From NCBI GenBank assembly GCA_020052515.1, contig JAGVOW010000034.1, positions 296-64,295 of the forward strand: DNA of 64,000 bases. Reading direction: 5' to 3'. Source of the DNA: Brevinematales bacterium (GTDB taxonomy: Bacteria > Spirochaetota > Brevinematia > Brevinematales > JAOACQ01). Made by a program: the position numbers and the translations under genes. Below the pieces are notes generated by a model, which saw nothing but the letters and a program-made list of their open reading frames with translations, was not told the DNA's origin and did no database searches. Below, one piece after another: positions 55,780 to 63,714 of this stretch (positions are counted from its first letter, which is position 1; the number at the start of each line of letters is the position of its first letter).

Positions 55780-56936
55780 TGATGAAGATAAAAGCTTCTT
55801 TTGTCCGGCTTCTCGCATTGGCCGAAAAAGAATGGATTCAGCTTCGCAGAGATGTTAGAAGCTTGATCTTGAGTCTGGTTCTTCCTGTGTTTCTCGTTTT
55901 AATTTTTGGTTACGCGCTGACTATGGATGTGAAGCATGTCAGCATGGCTGTTCTGGATCAGGATAAAACCTCTTTTTCCAGAAACTTTCTGGAAAAATTT
56001 TCCCACACAGAGTACCTTTCGATAAAAAAATATTTAGAGAATGAGAAAGAAATCGATGCTTTGATTAACGAAGGCAGAATAACGATGGCGCTGGTCATTC
56101 CTTCCGGGTTTCACAATCGTTTTTTATCCGGAAGGAACGCTGATGTCCAGCTCGTTGTAGACGGGTCGGATTCCACATCCGCGACAGTCGCGATCGGCTA
56201 TATTAAATCCATCATCTTTGAGTGGAATAAAAACTTGAAGGAAAAAGGGCTTCGTTCTATTGGAATTCATGACACACAGCCGCCGGTGGATGTCAGAAAT
56301 CGTATCTGGTACAATTCCGAGCTCAAAAGCAAGAATTTTATTGTTCCCGGAATCATTGTGATTGTAATGGCTATCATTTCCGCTTTGATCACATCACTGA
56401 CCATTTCCCGCGAGTGGGAGAGGGGAACTATGGAAACCCTCATTACAACACCGGTCCGGCGCTTTGAGGTCTTTTTCGGAAAGCTGATCCCTTATGTTTT
56501 TATTGCCCTTTTTGACGTGGTCTTGACAGTGGCAATTGGGTACTTTGTTTTCGAGGTTCCGCTCCGGGGTTATTTCTTTGAGCTTTATCTGGTAGCTTTT
56601 CTTTTCCTGGTAGGGAATTCCAGCCTGGGGATACTGATTTCCTCCGGGACAAAGTCCCAGGTGTTGTCAGTCCAGCTGGCTATTATTTTAACCTATATGC
56701 CGTCTATTATTCTTTCCGGCTATATTTTTCCGGTAAAGAATATGCCTCTCTTTGTGCAGGGTGTTACCTATCTCATCCCGGCGAAGTATCTCATTATCTA
56801 TATGAAAGGTGTCGCTTTAAAAGGAGTCGGATTCACCGTTCTTTGGGCGCAGATAGTTTTTCTTTTTTTATTCGCGCTGGTGGTAGGAATCATTAGTTTA
56901 AAGAATCTGGAGTTAAGGCTGCCGGAGAAAAATTGA
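55779..56936 (+). CDS. ABC-2 type permease (YbhS/YbhR-like)
   Basis: 385 aa: N-terminal TM, large extracytoplasmic loop and a C-terminal bundle of 5 TM segments. Confidence 0.9.
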   Translation: MMKIKASFVRLLALAEKEWIQLRRDVRSLILSLVLPVFLVLIFGYALTMDVKHVSMAVLDQDKTSFSRNFLEKFSHTEYLSIKKYLENEKEIDALINEGRITMALVIPSGFHNRFLSGRNADVQLVVDGSDSTSATVAIGYIKSIIFEWNKNLKEKGLRSIGIHDTQPPVDVRNRIWYNSELKSKNFIVPGIIVIVMAIISALITSLTISREWERGTMETLITTPVRRFEVFFGKLIPYVFIALFDVVLTVAIGYFVFEVPLRGYFFELYLVAFLFLVGNSSLGILISSGTKSQVLSVQLAIILTYMPSIILSGYIFPVKNMPLFVQGVTYLIPAKYLIIYMKGVALKGVGFTVLWAQIVFLFLFALVVGIISLKNLELRLPEKN

Positions 56937-58114
56937 TGAAGGAAAGAATTGGAATGAGAACAAATGTTATCAAGGGTTTTTTGAAAAAAGAATTCGCGCA
57001 AATGGTCAGGGATGTCCGGATGCGTGTGGTTCTTTTTGCCGCGCCTGTTTTTATGCTTCTCCTGTTTGGATACGCTGTTACGACTGATGTCAAAAATGTC
57101 GAAATGGCCGTTTTAGATGAGGATAAATCGGCTCAGAGCCGGGCCTTGATTGAGAGGTTTACGGCGTCAGGCTATTTTCAGCCGTCTGTTTATTTATTCT
57201 CTGAAAAAGAATTAGTTCCCTTGATGGATCGAGGCAAAGTAGAGGTTTATATTCACATTGGAAGGGGTTTTGCTGAAAGGGTCAAATCCGGCAAAGCGAC
57301 AGCCATTCAACTGATTGTCGATGGGACAGATTCGACCAGGGCTTCTGTAATTGTGTCATATGTGAATATTATTACTTCGGGTTTTTCTTTTGAGTTTTTT
57401 CAAAACAGGATCCGGCTCTTGATATTGGCTAAAGGGGTTGATCCTTCGCAGGCCCTTCGAATACAGCGACAGAATATTGAGTTGAAAGAGCGCATTTTGT
57501 TCAATCCCGATTTATCGAGCCGGAATTTCTTTTTGCCCGCGATACTGGGCCTTTTGATTACGATGATTACCATTACCCTGACTTCTATGTCGATTGTCAA
57601 AGAAAGAGAGACCGGTACTATAGAACAGCTCATTGTTTCACCGCTTAAACCTTCTGAGATCATTGCCGGCAAGACCATTCCTTTCGCGCTGGTGAGCTTT
57701 TTTGATACTGTAGTTATTACGGTGATAATGGTGTTCTGGTTTAAAGTCCCGTTTCAAGGCGGAATATTATTCCTTCTGATTTCCAGCCTGCTTTTTATTT
57801 TCTGCAGTATTTCTGTGGGCCTTTATATTTCAACGATTTCAAGGACTCAACAGCAAGCTCTCCTTTCGGTTGTTCTTTTTTTTCTTCCTTCTATTTTGTT
57901 TTCCGGTTTTATGTTTCCCATTTACGCGATGCCGCTGTCGATGCAGATAATCACGCTTTTTAATCCAATCCGCTATTATGTGGAAATCATCCGGGGAATC
58001 TTTTTAAAGGGAGTGGGGATAGAAGTCCTGTGGAGTCAGGTTTTAGCTCTGGCGTTGCTTGGCGCGGCGCTCTTTTACTTAAGCGCGAAGAGATTTGCTA
58101 AGAGGATAGAATAA
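56936..58114 (+). CDS. ABC-2 type permease (YbhS/YbhR-like), paralog of the preceding gene
   Basis: Same architecture as the preceding permease. ATG 56936 overlaps the upstream TGA; TTG 56933 is an alternative start. Confidence 0.9.
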   Translation: MKERIGMRTNVIKGFLKKEFAQMVRDVRMRVVLFAAPVFMLLLFGYAVTTDVKNVEMAVLDEDKSAQSRALIERFTASGYFQPSVYLFSEKELVPLMDRGKVEVYIHIGRGFAERVKSGKATAIQLIVDGTDSTRASVIVSYVNIITSGFSFEFFQNRIRLLILAKGVDPSQALRIQRQNIELKERILFNPDLSSRNFFLPAILGLLITMITITLTSMSIVKERETGTIEQLIVSPLKPSEIIAGKTIPFALVSFFDTVVITVIMVFWFKVPFQGGILFLLISSLLFIFCSISVGLYISTISRTQQQALLSVVLFFLPSILFSGFMFPIYAMPLSMQIITLFNPIRYYVEIIRGIFLKGVGIEVLWSQVLALALLGAALFYLSAKRFAKRIE

Positions 58115-58117
58115 TCT

Positions 58118-59035
58118 ATGACTACCGTTGATGTAAAGCTTTTGACTAAAAATTTTGGTCATTTTACGGCTGTCGACCATGTCAGCTTCACTGTCGAAAA
58201 GGGTGAAATATTCGGCTTTCTGGGCCCAAATGGGGCGGGGAAAAGCACGACGATCAAAATGCTTTGCGGAATATTGGTTCCGACGAGCGGCGAGGGTCAT
58301 GTGGCCGGGTTGGACATTATGAAAGAGCAGGACAAAATCAAACAGATGATCGGGTATATGTCGCAAAAATTTTCTCTTTATGATGACCTGACCGTGATCG
58401 AAAATTTAGAATTTTTCGGAAGTGTTTATGGCTTAGACGACAAAAAACTCCGGCAAAGAATCAAAATGGCCCTTGAAATGGCGGAGATCGGGAAAGAAAA
58501 GAGTCATCTGGTAAAAAGCCTGCCGGCGGGAATGAAACAGCGCTTGTCTCTGGGCGCTTCTATATTACACGATCCTTCTATTCTCTTTCTGGATGAACCG
58601 ACTTCCGGGGTAGATCCCATTATGAGGAGAAATTTCTGGGAGCTGATCTATCAATTTTCCCGGGAAGGGAAAACTATTTTTGTTACAACGCATTATATGG
58701 ATGAAGCGGAGCATTGTAACCGGGCCGCTTTAGTAACAGCGGGGAAAATTATCGCGCTGGATTCACCGGCTTGTTTGAAACAGTCTTTGCCCTACGATGT
58801 TTTTGCTTTGAAAATAAAGGATTTTATCCGGATTTTTGAGCGGGTGTCGCGTCTGCCTTTTGTTCATGAAGCCTCTATTTTTGGAAGCGATATTCATCTT
58901 CTTTGCGAAAAAGGATTTCATCTGGAGAAGGAACTGGGAGTTTTCTTGAAAAAAGAAAATTTTTCGGATTATCATATTGAGCGGATAGAGCCGACACTGG
59001 AGGATGTGTTTGTGACGCAGGTGAGAAAGCATTAA
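58118..59035 (+). CDS. ABC transporter ATP-binding protein (NBD 2) with degenerate signature and a C-terminal extra domain
   Basis: Walker A GPNGAGKST and Walker B LFLDEPTSGVD. The signature position reads LPAGMKQR instead of LSGG. 305 aa. Confidence 0.9.
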   Translation: MTTVDVKLLTKNFGHFTAVDHVSFTVEKGEIFGFLGPNGAGKSTTIKMLCGILVPTSGEGHVAGLDIMKEQDKIKQMIGYMSQKFSLYDDLTVIENLEFFGSVYGLDDKKLRQRIKMALEMAEIGKEKSHLVKSLPAGMKQRLSLGASILHDPSILFLDEPTSGVDPIMRRNFWELIYQFSREGKTIFVTTHYMDEAEHCNRAALVTAGKIIALDSPACLKQSLPYDVFALKIKDFIRIFERVSRLPFVHEASIFGSDIHLLCEKGFHLEKELGVFLKKENFSDYHIERIEPTLEDVFVTQVRKH

Positions 59036-59249
59036 ATGACAATGTTTACTTTTTCACCAACACCTGAATCCATAAGAGGGATCATAGACAATTGGCTTTT
59101 GAGGAGCATAGCTTCATTAATAAAGGAATTTACTCTGGAAGTGGTTTGCGCAATCTGCTGATAAAGCTTAAAGTTAATAGAGCCGATCATACTTTCTCCG
59201 CTTGTTTTGTTGAATTATCGGCAGATTGCTGAAAAACTCCAGAAAATTT

Positions 59250-59753
59250 ATGAGGGTGGCAGCCATGTTCTGGATCATCGGCCGTACAATCGCTAAAGCC
59301 GGCATCGGCATACTCACTCTTCCGATCAGCCTTACTATTGATCGCTATATTCTGAGAAAGAACGGCTTGAGCACCGGGACATTTATCCTGGTTTTCATTT
59401 TTGTCAATGCTTACTGGGCAATTCCAATGCTTGGTTTCGGCCTGGAAGCAATGATCCATTGTTTTGATCCTTCAAAAGCCTTTCTGGGAAAAGAAATCGC
59501 TTCGAGCTTTTTGATCCTTGTCGGTTCTTATTTTTATTGGCTTCCTGCCGGCTGTCTCTTTTGTCTTGTTTTTCTGGCTTTATTCAGACGTAAGGCCAAT
59601 TTTTTCTCGTGGAATTTTGGATCCAAGGGAAATAATCATTCGCATTTGCTGTGTCTTATTTTTGCTGCTGCCTCTGGTTTTTCAAGTGGGAGTATTTATT
59701 GCCCGCAAGTTTGGCCGGATCGGGTAAAAAAGCTTATACCGTTAACTTTTTAA
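59250..59753 (+). CDS. Possible small multi-pass membrane protein (uncertain)
   Basis: The ORF has about 4 hydrophobic segments, but no clear RBS and no family resemblance. It overlaps the 3' end of the convergent DUF4276-like gene by 20 nt. Confidence 0.35.
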   Translation: MRVAAMFWIIGRTIAKAGIGILTLPISLTIDRYILRKNGLSTGTFILVFIFVNAYWAIPMLGFGLEAMIHCFDPSKAFLGKEIASSFLILVGSYFYWLPAGCLFCLVFLALFRRKANFFSWNFGSKGNNHSHLLCLIFAAASGFSSGSIYCPQVWPDRVKKLIPLTF

Positions 59754-60285
59754 CCGCTTGAATCAAATGATAAAAACTTAGAGATCGTTTATTATCCACT
59801 TTCAAGTGCGGGCTGATCCGTCGAGAACCGTCTATCTTCTGATAATGCGGGACAAGACGCTTCAGCTCTATTGAAGGTGACATAGCGCTGTCCGGTTTCC
59901 GGAACAATCTTTTCCCTTGCAAAGAAGCTATACCGGGTAAACCCATGCCTTTCTCAACCGCTTCTAAGTCAGCAAGGTACCAGCTTTCCAATTCACGACA
60001 CGCTATTCTAATAATTGTCTCAGACTTTCCTGCCTCCAGACATTTAGCGTACAAATTTTTTTTAATATCCTTACAGTCACCAGAATCCTGATCACGCAGA
60101 ATAATAAACTGAACATCCGACTTCAGATATCCACGAAGTTTCCTCACCAATTGCTTTTCAAGATCCTGCTTTCCTTCAAACACAATATAACGTACTTTGA
60201 TAGTATTGGGTAATATTCTCGGAAGTAACCCTTCCAGCATTACTTTTGCAGAACGCTCTTCCAGTAAAAAGACAATCTCGCTCAT
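59734..60285 (-). CDS. DUF4276-like protein with a Toprim-like acidic motif pattern
   Basis: 183 aa with VFLLEERSA, FEGKQDL, ILRDQDSGDC and ELESWYLAD. Its ATG overlaps the stop of the upstream ATPase gene (ATGA at 60282-60285). Confidence 0.8.
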   Translation of the reverse strand: MSEIVFLLEERSAKVMLEGLLPRILPNTIKVRYIVFEGKQDLEKQLVRKLRGYLKSDVQFIILRDQDSGDCKDIKKNLYAKCLEAGKSETIIRIACRELESWYLADLEAVEKGMGLPGIASLQGKRLFRKPDSAMSPSIELKRLVPHYQKIDGSRRISPHLKVDNKRSLSFYHLIQAVKKLTV

Positions 60286-61469
60286 AAAGGGTCTGCCCCC
60301 GTAAAGAACCCCTGCCGCCAGAGATAACCGAGTTTATCCCCTTCTCCCATATATTTTCTAAGCTGCTCATCATCGGCGGCCTTTTTTATTATTGTGTAAC
60401 CGTTCTCTTTCTGAAGCCAAAAAACTTCTTCCAGTTCCGCAGCGTTTAGAAAATCGGGAGAGTGGGTAGATACGAATACCTGGCCGCCTTTTCTGGAATA
60501 TTCGCGAAATTCTTCGGCTAACTCCATTAAAAGCTTTGGATAAAGCTGATTTTCCGGTTCCTCGACGCAAAGGAGCGGATGAGGTTTCGGATCGTTCAAT
60601 AAGACCAGATAAGCAAACATCTTTATAGTACCATCCGAAACATGCCGGGCTAGAAACGGATCCTGAAAAGCCCCATCTTTAAACCGAAGCAAAACACGCC
60701 CTTCTTCGGTAATTTTTGAGTCAACATCCGATATTCCTGGAACCCGCTGTTTTAGCTTTTCAATTATGGAACTGAATATTTCCGGATGGCGTTTGTAAAG
60801 AAATTCTGTGACCAGAGAAAGGTTTTCGCCTTCGCGCGATAAGTGTTCCGCATAGCCCGCTTCATGTTCCGGTTGAGCACGTTGAATATGAAAATCAGAT
60901 ATATACCAGTTTTCCAGAAGCTCGCCAAGTGCTTTACTCGCGGGAAATTTTTCAAACTGGGCAAGTCCTTTTAACGCCAGAATATCAGGTGATTTTAAGG
61001 TGTGGTCTTCCCGCTTTAGTTCTGTTTTTTCTGTTACTTTATCCGGTTCATTCATAACCGCTTTTCCTGTTCCACGGGAGAAATCGAGGAATCTCCAAGG
61101 TTGGCCTTTACTACCTCGGCGGTATTGTAAGATTTCTTTTTCTATAATAGGGCGGCCTTTTTCTTCATTTATAGATAAAAAATAGGTTACCAGTGGTGAT
61201 GAAGAATTTTCCCGAAATTTAAGCTCAATTTCTATTGGACCTTCTGCCCCTCTGCTTTTGACCTCTTGAAATCCCTTACTGCCGCCTAGTTTTGTTAGGG
61301 CTACATGAATATTGTCAGCTAAAGCGTCCTGGAGGAAACTGAAAACATTAAACAGGGTTGTTTTACCCGACCCATTAGCGCCGACAAAAATGCACATTTT
61401 AGGCAAGTTTTGTATTTCCACATTTTTTAGGGCCTTAAAATTTTTAAGCCGAATAGATTCAATTTTCAT
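60282..61469 (-). CDS. SMC/RecF/ABC-type AAA ATPase (AAA_21/AAA_15-like)
   Basis: Walker A GANGSGKTT, helical insertion, signature-like VSDGTIKM, Walker B LLCVEEPE, H-loop STHSP. aaggag RBS. Confidence 0.88.
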   Translation of the reverse strand: MKIESIRLKNFKALKNVEIQNLPKMCIFVGANGSGKTTLFNVFSFLQDALADNIHVALTKLGGSKGFQEVKSRGAEGPIEIELKFRENSSSPLVTYFLSINEEKGRPIIEKEILQYRRGSKGQPWRFLDFSRGTGKAVMNEPDKVTEKTELKREDHTLKSPDILALKGLAQFEKFPASKALGELLENWYISDFHIQRAQPEHEAGYAEHLSREGENLSLVTEFLYKRHPEIFSSIIEKLKQRVPGISDVDSKITEEGRVLLRFKDGAFQDPFLARHVSDGTIKMFAYLVLLNDPKPHPLLCVEEPENQLYPKLLMELAEEFREYSRKGGQVFVSTHSPDFLNAAELEEVFWLQKENGYTIIKKAADDEQLRKYMGEGDKLGYLWRQGFFTGADPL

Positions 61470-61618
61470 GGGATGTCTCCTTTTTGATCAAATATTATTA
61501 TACAGTAAACCTAAAATTAATCATAAAATCTTTGCTATTACAAATAAATTTCTGGTACTGTTTCCTTTACCAGCGAATAGCGCGAAATTTTATGACTTTC
61601 GTGATTTTTTCTGTGTTC

Positions 61619-61678
61619 TAATATTTAGCATAAGGATTAAGAAGACTAAAATCAAGTTTTATTATTGATGATTGCTTC
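61619..61678. repeat. 60-bp direct repeat, copy A (carries a TTGATT-17-TATGCT promoter on the minus strand)
   Basis: 58/60 identical to 62314-62373. Lies 150 nt upstream of the ATPase ATG. Confidence 0.95.
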
Positions 61679-61808
61679 CATCAGGAGGACCCTTTTGCGC
61701 AATTCGGGGACGGTTTTTATGCCGCGAAACATTCTAAATTTCGTGTGGTTGGTGAGCTTGTCGTTCTTGGTTTCACTTCTTCAAAAAGGCTTCCAGAGTC
61801 AAGTAAAA

Positions 61809-62078
61809 TTATTTAGGGAAGTATTTGTAAATATCCTTTCTATCTAAAAATCTGGAAAAAAACACAGTTTTATTAACAATTTCAATGCCCGCACGATATG
61901 ATCCGGTAGAGATCCTATAATATGTTTTGTAACCTTTTAATTTCTTCAAATTTTTTATTTCCCTTATGTCTTTAGCATTGGCAACAACTGTGATAACGTC
62001 TTTTACTGCCTGAAAAAGCTCTTTGTTTTTTATATTGAGCATATCTTTTTTAAAATTGCGTTCCAGTTCATAATTCAT
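61809..62078 (-). CDS. RelE/ParE-family type II toxin
   Basis: 89 aa. The KKLKGYKTYYRISTGSYRAGIEI...FLDRKDIY pattern is typical of the RelE/ParE family. ATGA overlap with the upstream gene. Confidence 0.85.
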   Translation of the reverse strand: MNYELERNFKKDMLNIKNKELFQAVKDVITVVANAKDIREIKNLKKLKGYKTYYRISTGSYRAGIEIVNKTVFFSRFLDRKDIYKYFPK

Positions 62079-62302
62079 CAGCGGCTGCCGATTTTAGAAT
62101 CTAAAAACTTCATGAATTCATCTTTGTCGATAAAATCATTTTTCCGGCCTTCCTGAATTAAAAGCCCAAGATTTCGATCCTCGATAGCTTCGATAAGGTT
62201 TAAAACTTTATTCTCATCGACAAAAATTTCCGTTACAGTTTCAATAACAGTTTTATGAACAATGTCTTTTAATTCGTTTCTGCTTAAAGTAATGCTTTCC
62301 AT
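62078..62302 (-). CDS. Putative antitoxin of the RelE/ParE pair
   Basis: 74 aa from ATG 62302, which follows a ggagg RBS. Acidic C-terminal half (EDRNLGLLIQEG...DKDEFMKFL). Sits upstream of and overlaps the toxin gene. Confidence 0.75.
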   Translation of the reverse strand: MESITLSRNELKDIVHKTVIETVTEIFVDENKVLNLIEAIEDRNLGLLIQEGRKNDFIDKDEFMKFLDSKIGSR

Positions 62303-62313
62303 AATGACCTCCA

Positions 62314-62373
62314 TAATATTAAGCATAAGGATTGAGAAGACTAAAATCAAGTTTTATTATTGATGATTGCTTC
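62314..62373. repeat. 60-bp direct repeat, copy B (promoter of the toxin-antitoxin operon)
   Basis: -10 TATGCT at 62327-62322 and -35 TTGATT at 62350-62345 on the minus strand. The antitoxin ATG is about 20 nt downstream. Confidence 0.95.
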
Positions 62374-62517
62374 TCCGAATTGGCTGTCGTCAAATTTGTA
62401 AGAAAGCTTTTCCCCTTTAATTAAGGCATGCATAGATAATCCAAGTAGTTCCGAGAATTTCAATAATCTTTCCGTCGGAGGAAAGGATGATAATTCATAT
62501 TGCGACAAATCTGTCAA
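62347..62517 (-). pseudogene. Possible degenerate XRE-type HTH remnant (56 codons, TTG start only)
   Basis: The frame reads TDLSQYELSSFPPTERLLKFSELLGLSMHALIKGEK..., which resembles helices 2-3 and the following region of an HTH_3 domain but lacks the N-terminal helix. Its stop lies inside repeat copy B. Confidence 0.3.
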
Positions 62518-63641
62518 TTTTTGAAGGATTTAATCCACTTGATAAGATCACTGGCATGAGGAGGGCAGCCCGGGACAAAGCCCTCTGTACTGCTGTTCTT
62601 TTTTGAGCAATTTCCCACAAAAATAGAATTGACAAAAGGGGTAATTATTTCAGGAGCAGCTTTTAGTCCAATGTAAAATTCCTGGGTCGCTTTGTCGTAT
62701 CCTTTTTCCAGCACCTCGATTACAGAGGAAAGGCATTGTGAGCAGATTGCCTTGTTTGAGAACAGCTTACTCTGAAAACGCTTGTTGATCAAAGCATCCG
62801 GGTTTTCCAGCTCGGCGGGGGCCTTATTCAGCTCTACGATTTTAGGTTGGCCGGAAAAACCAAGGTATTCTTTGTAGGCCTTTAAGTAGCCAATCTCCCG
62901 GATATCCAACCCTAAACTGGCCGCGGCATAGTAATCAAAAGCAAACAAATCCTGGCTCATAAATATTTTTCTAAACCGGACTGGCGCTATCCCCTCTTCA
63001 GAATAGGCGTCGCCGACGATAGCGTCCCCTATATTCAGGGTAGTTTTGATGACAGTATTTAATTCAAAAATAGAATTGTCTAATCCGGAATGATAAAAAT
63101 TACTTTTTTCACTCTCGCTGATAATGCCCATCAGATTTTTCATCCCGCATGACAGGCCGGTCTGGCTATGCGCTTTTAATACGGGGATGTTAATAATTTT
63201 ATCCGCTTTTAATATCGTTTCGGCTATTCGGATATCTTTTAATTTCGAATAATTTCCCGGAACTTTCACAGGTACAAATTTATCTTGCTTTAAATCGACC
63301 AGATTGACATTGTATTTTGTGCAAAGTTTCTCATAATCGCAAAATTTGAAAGCCTTTGCTGTGTCAATTTTAAGTTCTGCCCCTTCCGCTATGGTTATTT
63401 TTTTTACTTTCAGCTTCATTAACTCGATGATTACCTGTTCTACCAGAGACGGGTCAGTAGTGGCTCCTGTGGAGCTTTCTTTCAGGATTTCCACATTTGG
63501 CTTTATGACCACATTTTCGTTAGGTGAGAAGAGCTCTGCCGGGCTTATTTTGTCGGATTTGGCGGTTTCATCAAATAAAGTATGTATCAAATCAGCGGGA
63601 GAATCACCATAAGCGACATATACCGAATGGTCCTGAATCAT
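62514..63641 (-). CDS. DUF362 domain protein
   Basis: VVIKPNVEI...TGATTDPSLVEQVI...KKITIAEGA pattern of DUF362 and a Cys-rich C-terminal part. ATG 63641 chosen because the longer ORF would contain its own promoter. Confidence 0.82.
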   Translation of the reverse strand: MIQDHSVYVAYGDSPADLIHTLFDETAKSDKISPAELFSPNENVVIKPNVEILKESSTGATTDPSLVEQVIIELMKLKVKKITIAEGAELKIDTAKAFKFCDYEKLCTKYNVNLVDLKQDKFVPVKVPGNYSKLKDIRIAETILKADKIINIPVLKAHSQTGLSCGMKNLMGIISESEKSNFYHSGLDNSIFELNTVIKTTLNIGDAIVGDAYSEEGIAPVRFRKIFMSQDLFAFDYYAAASLGLDIREIGYLKAYKEYLGFSGQPKIVELNKAPAELENPDALINKRFQSKLFSNKAICSQCLSSVIEVLEKGYDKATQEFYIGLKAAPEIITPFVNSIFVGNCSKKNSSTEGFVPGCPPHASDLIKWIKSFKN

Positions 63642-63663
63642 AAAATCATCCTTTACGCATTTC

Positions 63664-63692
63664 ATTATAACCTGGCTGAAGCGATATTTCAA
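63664..63692 (-). promoter_or_regulatory. Sigma70-type promoter of the DUF362 gene
   Basis: Minus strand reads TTGAAA, 17 nt, TATAAT. The -10 hexamer ends 22 nt upstream of ATG 63641. Confidence 0.7.
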
Positions 63693-63714
63693 AATTTGAG
63701 TAAGCTAAGGACTT

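Noticed and set aside
59187-59459. 90-aa minus-strand ORF downstream of the DUF4276-like gene, considered as a possible third gene of the defence-like module
   Set aside because: Its composition is polar, Cys/His-scattered and non-protein-like. It has no RBS and is fully antisense to the more plausible hydrophobic plus-strand ORF.
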